Shown: piece after piece, positions 11,319 to 23,212 of the stretch
Numbering within the stretch: position 1 is the stretch's first letter
Layout: every line of letters begins with the position of its first letter
Assembly (NCBI GenBank): GCA_964106645.2
Contig: OZ067046.1
From: Podarcis pityusensis
Lineage: Eukaryota
Length of the DNA stretch: 64,000 nt
Strand: one strand, 5' to 3'
The notes under the pieces: generated by a model
Database searches by the model: none
Seen by the model: only the letters and a program-made list of their open reading frames with translations
What the model was told of the DNA's origin: nothing
Made by a program: the position numbers and the translations under genes

Positions 11319-13782
11319 CCCCGCTTACCCGTGAAGCTCATCTGGGATGACCTCTCTCAGTCTAGTCTACCTTACAGGGTTCTTGCGAGGATAAAATTGG
11401 GAGGAGGAGAGCTATGTACAACCACCTGGAGCTCCTTGGAGGGAAAGTGGAACAGTAGGTCCGCAGCTTAGATGGGAGTTACATTCTGGGCATCGTTCCT
11501 GAAAGCCGAGCTTGTGCATAGTCAAAACCCAATTGGGTTCAGTGGCGAGTGGGCTTGCCCAAGTCATTTTTCTTGGACCCTGCCCCCTTTTTAATGTTTT
11601 TTGCCCTGCACGTAAAGCTGATTGCGCACAAGTTAAATGCACTTAAGCTGCGGGCTTACTGTATATAAGTAATTAATTAGAAAATAAATATCAGTCAACC
11701 TGACAGAGAGCCAGCAAAAACATTGACGTCTGTTCTTTAAGTCTTTGGGGCAGGGAGTGAGTAGTGGCGTGCATGAGGAAGGCAGAGAGCTATGGAGCAG
11801 GATGGAAGCAAACCTTTGGTCGAGAAACTCTGGCTCATGGTTTAATCAGGCTTCAATGTTCTTCTTAAGGGCAAAAATGTCTCTGTCGACTCGGATGCTG
11901 AGATGTTGGAAGCAGAAATGCTGACGAGCTGAGACAAGAGTGCTGCAGTCTGACGAAGATACGAGTTTGGTTATTCCATGTGGCTAGCAGCCCTGAGCAG
12001 CCTTCGTGAATCTCTCTGGACTCTGATAAGGCTCAAGAATGTGCCATTAATCACCTAAAACTAGTGGAGAATTGTTTCTGCAGGTGCCTCTCCGCTGGCC
12101 TGGCCTTTACCAAAGCAATACTGAATTAACAGTGAGAAAAGAAGGCAGAAAAGTTGGGGTGCCAACGGGTGGGGATGGAAAAAGACTGCAGCTCCATGCT
12201 GGAGATCACTTTTTCTTCTCGCTTAATTTCATTGCTTAGCTCCCGTTTTGCTATCATATATTTTTGCTTGTTCTAGGCCTCTTGTGGCCCAGTTTGCCCT
12301 TTGCTTTTCTCTTTGCGAGAAGAAGGGGTTTCATGCTTTGAGCTTGTCCCTCCCTCCACTTTTGAAGTGTTTTGTGGCAATTTTTTCTGTGAATCTGCCT
12401 TTTGGGGCACAGGCTTTGGTTCATGAACAATTCTGAACAGATTTGGCTTCTGTAGTTTTATACATAAATAATTCTTGTTTTATTTTTGTTTACTCCCCGG
12501 TGAGGTTAGAAGCACACTATTTTATTTTTTGATCTTTTTCTCTTCCATGTATTGGGTCCTGGATTAATCTCTCCACCCCTCCTGGAATCCGCAGAAACTT
12601 GTTCCTTTGAGCCCCTACCTGGAAAGACAGATTTAGCATCTCCTCTTCTTCTGCTTAACTTTTAGGATTAATTTGCTATATAAGCAAAGCTTTTAACTGC
12701 TATTGACTAGTGGGTGATCTGGAAGGTAAATCAAAGCAGAGATTAAGTAAATAAAAATTACTTCTAAGTTTTGCTTGCCGTAATTGTTGACTGCGATTGA
12801 ACAGAAATATTGGAAGTATCAGATAAAATGACAAAGTAAAGTTTTAAGAGTGAAATCTTTAGATTGAATAGCATTAAGCCGCAAGGCAGAATATTCTGTT
12901 TTGTTACCCATGTAATCATTACATTCTATTTTTACCTGCATACACTGTTCCTTACAGTTGTGTATAATAAGCCTTTTTCCACTTTGATATTCTTTGTGTA
13001 TTATCCTTGCATTTTTCATCATGCAAAATGGTTTTCTGCTTGGGTATTTTAAATAAATTTTCTATATTGATTTCAGCCTCTGATCGCAACTCTCTTTCCC
13101 ATGAGGTCCTCAGTTTCAATATCTAGTTCTGTCTTTGGCTTTTGAAGGGAAAATGAGTCTTGCTTTTAACAAAACTGAGCTTCAGTTTTGGTAATTTGGG
13201 TTCCTGGGCCAGGACTGTTGAGGTCCCCTAGCCCACCAGTCAAAGATGACATGGTGGCTGATGAGATTGATTCAGGGGTCACATCCAGACCAAGAAGCGC
13301 TTGCTTGGCCATCCTTGCCCAGAAGAACCACAAGCTTGGGCTTTTGACTTGCCCTATCAAGGAACAGTTTGTTCCTGGAAAAAATGGTCAGTAATGGGTG
13401 CATTGGAATTCATTCTCTTGGAGAGTTATAATAGCCTTTTTGTAATTACATTGAACATTTCCCAGCTTTTCAGCTGATGGGTGCCCCTTGTTATCGTATT
13501 CTTCCCTGCTTTTAATTTGCATTTACAGCAGACCTCGCTTACGTTTTTTAAAGCCTCAAACCTTCAGCTTATTCTGCATACTAAAGGTCATCCATTGTGT
13601 CTTCCTTGTTTGGGGGCCTGGTTCTGATAAAATATGTATTTAATCCATGGCTGATGAAGATACATTTGTCTTGTCTTTTCACATGACATCAATTCCCAGT
13701 AGCTTTGTCCTGTGTTTGTAATAATTTGAAGTGTGAAAATGCCTGTTGAACAGCATTTGAGTTCTATTTCTCCCCCCCTTAA

Positions 13783-13793
13783 ACACACACACA

Positions 13794-13848
<55 letters not shown>
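13783..13848. repeat. Compound (CA)n(GA)n microsatellite
   Basis: Seen directly. Confidence 0.95.
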
Positions 13849-14671
13849 GCTTGCAAAGTTGGTTACAAACCTAATTAGCTAACATTAATGCAATCGCTGC
13901 CCCAGGGAACTGGAAACTTAATTTTCGGCTATGATGAAAATACTGCCAGATAATTATTTATTCGTTGTCTTACATGGTGGCTTGCAATTGTGGCTAAGTG
14001 TTACTGCCCAATTTATTTTCAAAAGAACATGCCTCTCCTCTCTCGTGATAGTTTAAGCATTTATGTTGCCTCGGTGAATAACTGTTCTGCTCCCTAGTGT
14101 TTATCTCCCAGGCAGTCTTGACGGGGCTTCATGAAACCCAGCAGGTCTGGTCCATGAACTAAGGGGGTACATGTCCATGTTTTCTGATGAAACAGAGTTT
14201 TTCAGGGTCGTAGAAGCAAAAAAGGATTTTGGCGAGCTTCAAAGGCACATCTCCCAAATTGGGAGAATGGGCAATGCACTGGCAAATGCAGTTCAGTGTA
14301 AGCTAGCGCAAAGTGTTGAACATTGAGGCAGGATACACCCCCCCAAAAAAAAGAACCCCTCCTATGGATACTAATGCAAACTGACATGGCAGTAACTGAC
14401 CAGTAAAGAGACCTTGGGTTCGTGGTGATTACAGCAATGGAAATGTTTTCCCACCTATGTTAAACCATAGCTTATTTTATGTGACTGGGCTGCATGCTGC
14501 TCAGAAGTGGCTGCTTCACATCTCCTGTTGAAAACCCCTTGCCACGAACGGGGCAAAACAACACAGAGAATGGATTTGTGTTAGGTAACCAGTGCCTGTG
14601 GTTGGTTTCCCCCAAAGGACCCATGATGAAGAGGCAGAGGCTTGATCTTGGCTTCCGGATCATGGCTTGTA

Positions 14672-15012
14672 AGGTAAAGGGACCCCTGACCATTAGGTCC
14701 AGTTGTGGCTGACTCTGGGGTTGCGGCGCTCATCTCACTTTATTGGCCGAAGGAGCTGGCGTACAGCTTCCAGGTCATGTGACCAGCATGACTAAGCCAC
14801 TTCTGGCGAACCAGAGCAGCGCTCGGAAACGCCGTTTACCTTCCCACCGGAGTGGTACCTATTTATCTACTTGCACTCTGACGTGCTTTTGAACTGCTAG
14901 GTTGGCAGGAGCAGGGACCGAGCGACGGGAGCTCACCCCGTCGCGGGGATTCGAACCGCCGACCTTCTGATTGGCAAGTCCTAGGTTTGTGGTTTAACCC
15001 ACAGCACCACCT
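14672..15012 (-). mobile_element. Sauria SINE
   Basis: Reverse complement of the 10491 copy; TSD ATCATGGCTTGTA at 14659-14671 and 15013-15025. Confidence 0.93.
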
Positions 15013-15356
15013 ATCATGGCTTGTAGTCAGATAGTAATTCTGCAGGCCATGCAGAGCTGAGTCTAAGCAATATGGAAGGCTGATGCGCCTTTTCTTCTAG
15101 TGGTCTTAGTGATGCAGGTGGTAGTTGGACGGATGAGGGCTCCCGCCTGGTCTTGTTTGTTCAGGCAACAACTGATTTGTGCGGGGGTTATGTTCCTGAC
15201 TCCTGCATGCATTGGTTCAGTGTGCATAACCTCGCATGGACCCATTTCGCCCTTTCCCCAGCCCGTTCCTTCCCCCTTTCCACCCCCGATTAGTTTTTTT
15301 TGGGGGGGAGGGTGTCAGTTACCACTGATAATGTATTTTATAATAGCTCTCCTTAA

Positions 15357-15742
15357 GGCTTCAACAGAGACAGAAGTTGGTTCAATCCAGACATCACAAC
15401 GAACCATAGCTTTCACTAATCATAGTTTAGAACTGTAGTCCAACCATAGTTTAAGCCATGGTTTGTATGACTATACAGGCAAATCATGATTTATTGCACC
15501 ATGTGTGGTTTTAATACAACATCAGCTAAGCACTTTTTTCTCCAGAGATGCAGGAGTGGCCATAATTATGGTTTGTCAGTTTAGACATCACTTCAATCCA
15601 TGGTTTGCAAAACCAATTCATGTGTGGCTTCTGATTCTAGTTTGTTGGCTGGTCACGAGCCACGGCTTATGATTTCAGACTTCAAAACAAACCAAAGTTA
15701 AATTTCTCTAACTAAGGTTTGGTGCGATGTCTGAAGAAAGCC
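15357..15742. mobile_element. Old DNA-transposon-like element with repeated AACCATGGTT-type palindromes
   Basis: Several aaccatag/ccatggttt/cagacatcac subrepeats; degenerate inverted ends (ggctt...cagac / gtctg...aagcc). Confidence 0.4.
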
Positions 15743-16508
15743 AATTGTCTATGTTCTTTATTCCAGTTCCCGTGCCCTTAAGCCCCAGATTTCATTACTC
15801 TCGTTCTCTTAGCTATAAAGAATACTAGTGAAGGTTTAAAATAAAAATTCAAAAATGTCTGCTCCCTCTTCCAACATTTCAATGGTTTTGATATCACCAC
15901 CATCCTGTCTGTCTTAGATTACTGTTGCTTGTTACTGTCATACCTCATCAAAGGTTTCTATTGTCATGAACAAAAGAATTCCATAACAATTGTGTGTTGT
16001 GCCTGGAGGTTGAATGGAAGCTCCGGCATTTTGGTCTGAGGAGTAGCGTAGTATCTTTTCGAGGGAGAATAACATTAATGACTGAAAACTTCGCTTGTTT
16101 CAGAATTCCATTTTGGCAGGCTGCCATTTCATGAATGTAAAGATAAAACATTAAAATTGATTTATCCTTGATTGCATAATATTTCATTCTTGTTACATTT
16201 CTTCAGTAAAGATGATGTATTGCTCAGTCGGGTTTTCTTGAACCAAGGTTCACTGGCAGCAATTGAGATCTGCAATGTTACCAGGGTGTGTGTGTGTGTG
16301 TGTTTTGGGTGGAGGAGTGTTGCTTCCTTTAAAAATAGATGTTCCTCTTGAAGTTAAGCAAGTCCCAAGGCTGATACGTGCCAAAGCTATTTCTTTGTAA
16401 AACAGTTTCCAGAAGGGGTGGTGTTACGGATTGATGGTAGCATAGAATCACAGAATTGTCAAGAAGTACACAATAATGGGACAAATCTATAACTTACTTC
16501 TTGATAAT

Positions 16509-16544
<36 letters not shown>

Positions 16545-18204
16545 AGTTGTGTTCCTTTTGCATATCATTTTCATAGCTGGATGACCTTTTAATTTTGATT
16601 TCCTATGGCACGAGTGACCAACTTTCATCCTTCCCAGGTGTTGTTTAACTAGGGGTAGATCTATAACGATCTTTTTAAAAAAAGCTAAGAAGAAAAGCTA
16701 TATCTCTCAATACAATTTCCCATTGAATCCTGTACAGCACCTCCTAGTATCACATTTTTATAACACATTTATAACGTTATAACTTACCAGTATAGATTAG
16801 TCCTATGACTTCTGTGATCCCCACCTCTGCGCCGACAGCAGGAGTGGGTAGAAGGAGGAGCAAGGTCTGCTAGTAGACCACTGGGTAATTCAAAGTAGAT
16901 CGGAATGGTTTCTGACTTCCATTTGTGCAGTGACAAGCAAAATGCATTTCCCTCTAAATTGGATTGCTGATAAAGAACACCTTTTGGGGTGTGGGGAGAG
17001 CAGGAATTGATTTGTGTGCGAAATAACTTGTGAATATGGTTCTGATGCTGATCACAAACTCTAAGCTGGAAAAGGCTGTTATTTATTAACCTACTCAAGA
17101 GTAACTCTAGATTAATGGGTCATTTCAGTAAGACCTACAGAGAACACATAAGTTATGCAGTCTTTCCCTAGAGACCTTTAAATGCCTGAATATTGATTTC
17201 AAAACACGATTAGATCTCGCTCTTGGAAAGCTCAGCATGGCTTTCATGAGGCTGTCTCTGGTCTCCCATCGATGGCTGGATAAGGTCCACACTTGTTTTA
17301 TTTCATCTGTGCTGCAGTACAGGGAACTCTTGCACCTAGCATTTTACTGCTGTGAGATTCCTTTGCCCCACTGTTGTTATCCTTGAATCTTGTTCTTGTG
17401 CTCCATTGAGGCGAGCAATCAGTGTCTGGGCTTGTGAATGGTTCATCATTGTCCATTCTGATCAAGGGCCTCCAGCATGAATTGAGCAATTTTTTTAAAA
17501 AAAAAACAACCAACACATTTGCCAAACATGTATTGTCTCATGATTTGAAGGCTTCGAGAGCTATTGCAAGTGCAAGATTCATGTAGCTGTACCCACATAA
17601 CCTCCTGGGTGGGCTCAGTGATTGTGTGAATATTCAACTCCTTGCCGAGTTAATGAGTTCTGCTTGATTCTTATTTTGGGCATATTTATCAGGACAGCTT
17701 GCTCTGGTTTTATTTTACAGCCATTAGACAAAGCGTTTTATGGTAGCTGAAGGGCACAATTACTGCAGCAGCAACCCTGCAATCTGTTTCGCGCTTTCTT
17801 CACTTTGCAATCTGCCGAGCATCTTTTTAAGTAGTAGTCTGGAACAGGAGGTCTGGCACATGAGTTTGGGTTCATGGCACTTGTACGGCAGGTTGTCAGT
17901 AGAGTATAGGTCGAAAATCCCTGTGGGCAAACTGCCTCCCTTTATCCTATGTAAATCTCTGTTGGCATGATCGTTGCATCGTTCAAGGCAGTCTCCAGAA
18001 TAGGTCCCAGGTCTCACACCTGGATGTTGTTCGCTAACTCTGGGCCAGGGCCGGACTGGTGGTTCCCAAACTGTGGTCCCTGAGCTTAATTCAGGTGGTT
18101 TGGGGCATGTCTGTGAAGAACACTTTGACTTCTGTACAGTCCTGTTAAGTTCAGATTGTAATGCAGTAACATACAATATAAGAATTAAAAGAAGCAAAAA
18201 GATA

Positions 18205-18455
18205 CAGTCGTACCTTGGTTGTCGAATGCCCTGGAACTTGTACATTTTGGCTCCCAGACAATAAAAAACCGAGAGTGAGTGTTCCTGTTTTCGAACAATT
18301 TTCGGAAGCTGAAGGTCCAGTGTGGTTTCCGCAGCTTCCGATTGGCTACAGGGCGCTCCTGTGGCCAATCGGAAGCCACGTCTTGGTTTTCGAACAGTTC
18401 TGGAAGTCGAATGGACTCCTGAAACGCATTCTGTTCAAGAACCAAGGTATGACTG
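18205..18455. mobile_element. Tc1/mariner MITE
   Basis: TA|CAGTCGTACCTTGGTT ... AACCAAGGTATGACTG|TA. Confidence 0.85.
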
Positions 18456-18831
18456 TACTGTCAAAATAATTCAGCATCCAGGATTCACAATTGCTACAAA
18501 CAGGCGGCGGCGGGGAATATTAAGTGGTCCACCAAGACCCTCAGCAATTTCCAAGTGGTCCATGGGGAAAAAATTGGGGAACCACTGGTACACTCTGGAT
18601 TCTGCTTCTGGGAAGGATTTCAGGCTTGGAAAGACCTCTGCCTGAAGCCTTGGAGCTTTCCAGTTGCTGTTCTGGGCTAGTTCCTAGTCCTGTAAGCTTG
18701 ACTTCGATAAGATCCCCCTGTTCTTATAAAATGCTAAGTGTAGCAAGGGGCTTAAAGAGAGGTGTTCTCAGAGACTGTTCTCCACCTCCAAAACTCCCTT
18801 CATCCTCCAAGCCTTTTCTGGAAGCAGAGTA

Positions 18832-19065
18832 CAGTGGAACCTCGGTTCTCGAACATCTCTGTTGACGAACAATTTGGAATCCGAACACCAAAAACCCAGA
18901 AGTATTTGCTTCCGTTTTTGAACGCACTTAGGATCTTGAACGAGGTGCGTTTCTCCATGTTTTCAATGGATTTTGCCAACCATCCTTTGATTCTCGGGTT
19001 TCGAACATTTCTGAAGTTGAACGGCCTTCCGGAACGGATTACGTTCAAAAACTGAGGTTCCACTG
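18832..19065. mobile_element. Tc1/mariner MITE
   Basis: TA|CAGTGGAACCTCGGTT ... AACTGAGGTTCCACTG|TA. Confidence 0.85.
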
Positions 19066-19439
19066 TATATATAATGGCTGTCTTTCAGTGTATTTTTAGG
19101 ATACTTTTCATTTCAGTAATTTTACATAGTTCATCCGCACCATGGGCCCAAGTAATAAAGGGAGATTTCAAAACGATGCTTAAAATAGTGGGAAGAGCTC
19201 TGTGGCCTTTTGCAGCTCGGTGTTTCCAGCTGAATGCCTGACCTCTTTTCAATGCAGCTAGCTAATTCGGCATGGTTACCCAACAGCACAAGCCCTGCCC
19301 AGGCTTCGCTAGTACCTCTTGAGTCTGACCTCACTGAACCAGCAGTAGGGGAAGTACTGAACCACCCCTACCAGTCTTGTTTTACCCAGGGCAATTGCAC
19401 ATGATGGCAGGCTCTCGCAATTCTGCATGAAAAAACTAC

Positions 19440-19985
19440 ATTGTTGGCATCTGTCTGTTTCAAGAGACAATGGAGTGCTCCTCCGGAGGTGAAGTCAAAC
19501 CACTGCATTAGCAGCACTCAAGTGTCCTCCATGGGGCACAGGCCTGGGCAGTGTGGATGGAGGTCCTGAGCTGCCCAGGTGGTAAGACCCCACTCTGGCC
19601 TCACTGATGTGGTTTGAAGGAAAACAGAGCAATACGCTTGGCACCAGCTTGGCTGCAGGAGTTGCGTACAACTGCCTTAGGGACTCCAGCAGATTTGTGT
19701 AGGGTCTACTCCTTAGCCTTCTCTTCTCTCAAAGATAACCTTCAAGGCAGTGGAAGTTTAGGATTAGAGTTTTCCGTTCTCCTAGATGGTTTGACAAGAC
19801 CCATCTGCTCTTCACCTCCCTCTGCAGCGTGTTGTGCAGAAGCTACTTTCTTGACCATTGGACCCATTCCCAGGGTGTGGCTGCTGTCACAGCTTCTAGG
19901 AGCCACAGGTGAGAGCTGAGTGCAGGGTAGGGATTCAGGGTGGACAAACTACCCCAGAAGGAGCATGACATATCCCCCACCAGAG
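19440..19985 (-). mobile_element. Non-autonomous RTE-derived retroposon
   Basis: Begins ttgttggcatctgtctgtttcaagagacaatggagtg (RTE-like 3' end, reversed); homologous to 32515-32990; no ORF. Confidence 0.55.
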
Positions 19986-21337
19986 GAACTACTGTCCCCT
20001 AACACCCCCCACACTACAAAAGTAGTCCTAAACAGTAAATAAAACATCAAAAACAACCAAACTGAACAATTTCCACACAACTCACAGTAAAGACACAAAA
20101 ACAACAATAACGGCAACCCCTACCCCCCAGACAAAACCCTCAAATACCCCAGCAACTGGTGGGAAGTTGGGAAAATAGACGCCCCTAAGCAATACAGACT
20201 GCAGATCAATCCACTCGGCATAATTTCTGTATCCTTTGCTCTTTTGGTTCAATTCTTTTTCTGGACCTTGGAGGAGTTGGGAGGCCCTTGAGTTATTTAC
20301 AGCTGCTGTTAATCTCAAGCAGACATATAGTCCTCCGCACTGTGGCGTACATGAATCTGATGGATTTGGGAGACCTGCTGACCTTACATGGCTGATGCTG
20401 TGGGTTTCGCTCTGTTCTGCTGTTGTTTCATTATAATTTGTCGGTGTGCAGTATCAGCCCTGCAGCTGGTGGGGGAAGTGGAGATACGTTAACCTCCCAC
20501 TCAATCACAGGGTAAAACATTCGTGCAACTTAACATTTAAATTTTGTGGCCTGCTTTTTTAATTATTTCTAAAGCATCCCCCAAATTCACAAAATGCAAC
20601 CGTTTAATTATAAAACCGTGCAATTAAAATTAAAACCACAAAACTCATGGAGCCGGGTGGAGAATATAGGTGGAAGCAGGCCAGAGAAGTAGGGAACAGG
20701 TTGGAAAACAATTTGAAAATGCTGAACTGAACAAAAACAAAGCAAGAACCAGCCATGTGATGGGGGAAGGCGCTTGGCTATCTGGCTCTGCAGATTTCCT
20801 TACGCCAGCTAGTTTCTTACATGCTCAAAATAGGGGTTTTTGGGAGGGTGTGTGTGATGGATCAGTGAAGTTGCTGTGGAAACAAGCATGCAATGAACAC
20901 CTTCTCCACCGTCATCCCAAAGCAGAAGAGTTATGAGACCTACCTTACATTGGACAAATTTGTGATGCTTTAGTACATATATTTTCTCATTTAGTTCTTC
21001 TGGGTGTATTGTTACTTGTGAGTTGCCTAGAGAGAACTTCTTTCTATACAATCAAGGGATTCAAGGTTGACTCAGCCCTCGTCTCCTTTCTGAGTTGTAG
21101 GGCACTTAACCAAGCCTGTTTTCTCTCAATGAAACATTGAGTTTTTTCTTTGTGAAAGGACCACTTTGTTTCCTGTTCACACGATTGTGAATCTCAATAT
21201 GGCAGGAAGGTGTGTGGTGAGAGCCCTGGTCGCAGCAGAGGTTTGCAACCCTTGCTGAACTATCCATCTCCTCCAACTCAGCCCTCGCATCTAGTATATA
21301 TTTTGGAAAGGAACAGGTTTTCATCTGCTTGGATGTA

Positions 21338-21579
21338 CAGTTGTACCTCGGATTACATAAGCTTCAGGTTACATACGCTTCAGGTTACAGACTCTGCTAA
21401 CCCAGAAATAGTACCTCGGGTTAGGAACTTTGCTTCAGGATGAGAACAGAAATCGTGCTCCGGCGGCACGGCGGCAGCAGGAGGCCCCATTAGCTAAAGT
21501 GGTGCTTCAGGTTAAGAACAGTTTCAGGTTAAGAATGGATCTCTGGAACGAATTAAGTACTTAACCCGAGGTACCACTG
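21338..21579. mobile_element. Tc1/mariner MITE
   Basis: TA|CAGTTGTACCTCGGATTA ... TAACCCGAGGTACCACTG|TA; internal ttcaggtta subrepeats. Confidence 0.85.
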
Positions 21580-22161
21580 TAATCAGATGCCATTTTGAAT
21601 CAAGATGGCAGAAGAACGGACCTTCCAAAACTTCCCTTGTTCTAACCCCTGGTGTCAAAACTGAACTGATACTTTGGTTTATTAGGATTTCTGGGCATTG
21701 CCAGGTATGTGGCTGTTAGCGTCCAGATGAATCTCCAAATGAAGGCAACAAAGGGATGCTTATCTCACTGTGCCTTGTGCATTGGTCCTAATAGGCGATG
21801 CCTCTTGAGCAGCCTGCCCAGCTCAGGTTGTAAATGTATAACACAAATGGACCGTGCTGTGAACTTGTTTTGAATTCACTACCACTCCCATGAGTCTACC
21901 TGCCCTAACTCAGGACCAGAGTCGTGGTAGCGGCAGGTCTGATCCTGCACCCCATGTTTTGCCACATCCTGTTAAAAATATATATATATAGCAGTATTGT
22001 TTGAACTTTCTTTAACTGCTAGTCTTGAATTATTCTCTTTCTGGGCACAGAGTGCCAGCCGCCGCTCTTGTTTCCTTGCAACTGTGTGAAAATCCCATGA
22101 ACACCCGTGACCCTTGAATATGTCGGGCTGCCGTATTAACATCTCTCCATTTATTCAACAG

Positions 22162-22269
22162 CAACTGCTCCGAGAGATGCAGCAGATGGCCAGTCGCCCT
22201 TTTGCGTCCATCAACGTTGCCTTAGAAACGGACGAGGAGCCACCCGACCTCATTGGAGGCAGCGTAAAG
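22162..22269 (+). CDS. ATRN: Attractin coding exon: cytoplasmic tail with MASRPF motif
   Basis: AG at 22160-22161, GTGAGG donor at 22270; 108 nt, phase 0-0, QLLREMQQMASRPFASINVALETDEEPPDLIGGSVK, in frame with the previous exon. Confidence 0.97.
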
Positions 22270-23066
22270 GTGAGGGAGCACCCTGTAGGAGCACTATTCC
22301 CGTAGTTAATATTCACAGATGCTGTGCTGCTTGACCGGCTTTTGCGAGAGGGAGGCGGAGGAGAGGAGAGGAAGGCAATATTAGAAGTCTAGCCACAAAG
22401 AAGCCGTAAACATTCGAAACCCAGCAGGCCTTGTTTTTGATCTAATTTTCTTTCTCCAGGCTGCTCGTTTGCATCTTTCAGGTTACGTTGGTTTAAATAA
22501 AAGTTGCAGCTCTTTTTAAAAAGATTTTTTATGCCTTGTAATCAAGAAGGATACAGTTTAATATGCCAGAACAGTTGGTTGGAAATAGCTGTAGGTGCTG
22601 CTGAAAAAGCCTTCTTTGCACGGTCTTTCAAAGGATGGGGGGAGGCTAATTGGCTAAGTATTAAGAAAGTCTTTCGGGTACAACTGGTTACAACGGGGGG
22701 GGGGGTCCTACACTTGGCAGCAGGTGATCTGGAAAGCTGGCCTGGCAACAGGTGCAATGGGCAGAGGGAGTGCCACTGCCAGACAAACTGCTTCTAGCCC
22801 CAGCATGCTGCCCTGTGGCTGAGAGTTGGGGAAATAACTTGGATAACTGCCCAGAAACCAAGGAATCTGTTGCATGTTACAACATTGCTGCCTCTGCAAC
22901 AAGGGGGAGGAGGAAATGTGTGTACAGTGGACACTCGGGTTGTGAACGTGATCCATGCGGGAAGAATACAAAGTAAAAGTAAATAATAGAGAGAGAAAAG
23001 GTGGTATAATTAAAGGTGAAGTGAAATGAATGTGAGTGGGACCGACACCGAGATCACCTGTATGCA

Positions 23067-23212
23067 CTTAGTATAGCTCACCTGGTAGAGCATAAGACTC
23101 TTAATCTCAGGGTCATGGGTTTGAGTCCCACGTTGGGCAAAAGATTCCTGCATTGCAGAGGGTTGGACTAGATAACCCGAGTGGTCCCTTCCGACTCTAC
23201 AATTCTATGATT
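23067..23212 (+). mobile_element. tRNA-Lys(CTT)-derived SINE with CR1 3' tail
   Basis: tagctcacctggtagagcataagactCTTaatctcagggtcatgggtttgagtcccacgttgggc closely follows tRNA-Lys-CTT, fused directly to a CR1 tail ending attctatgatt. Confidence 0.85.

Noticed and set aside
17760-18368. 202-aa minus-strand ORF
   Set aside because: Runs through a MITE and other repeat remnants; no recognisable domain or splice context.
23067-23139. tRNA-Lys(CTT) gene
   Set aside because: Acceptor stem and T-loop are mutated and it is fused directly to a CR1 tail with no T-run terminator, so it is a SINE head.
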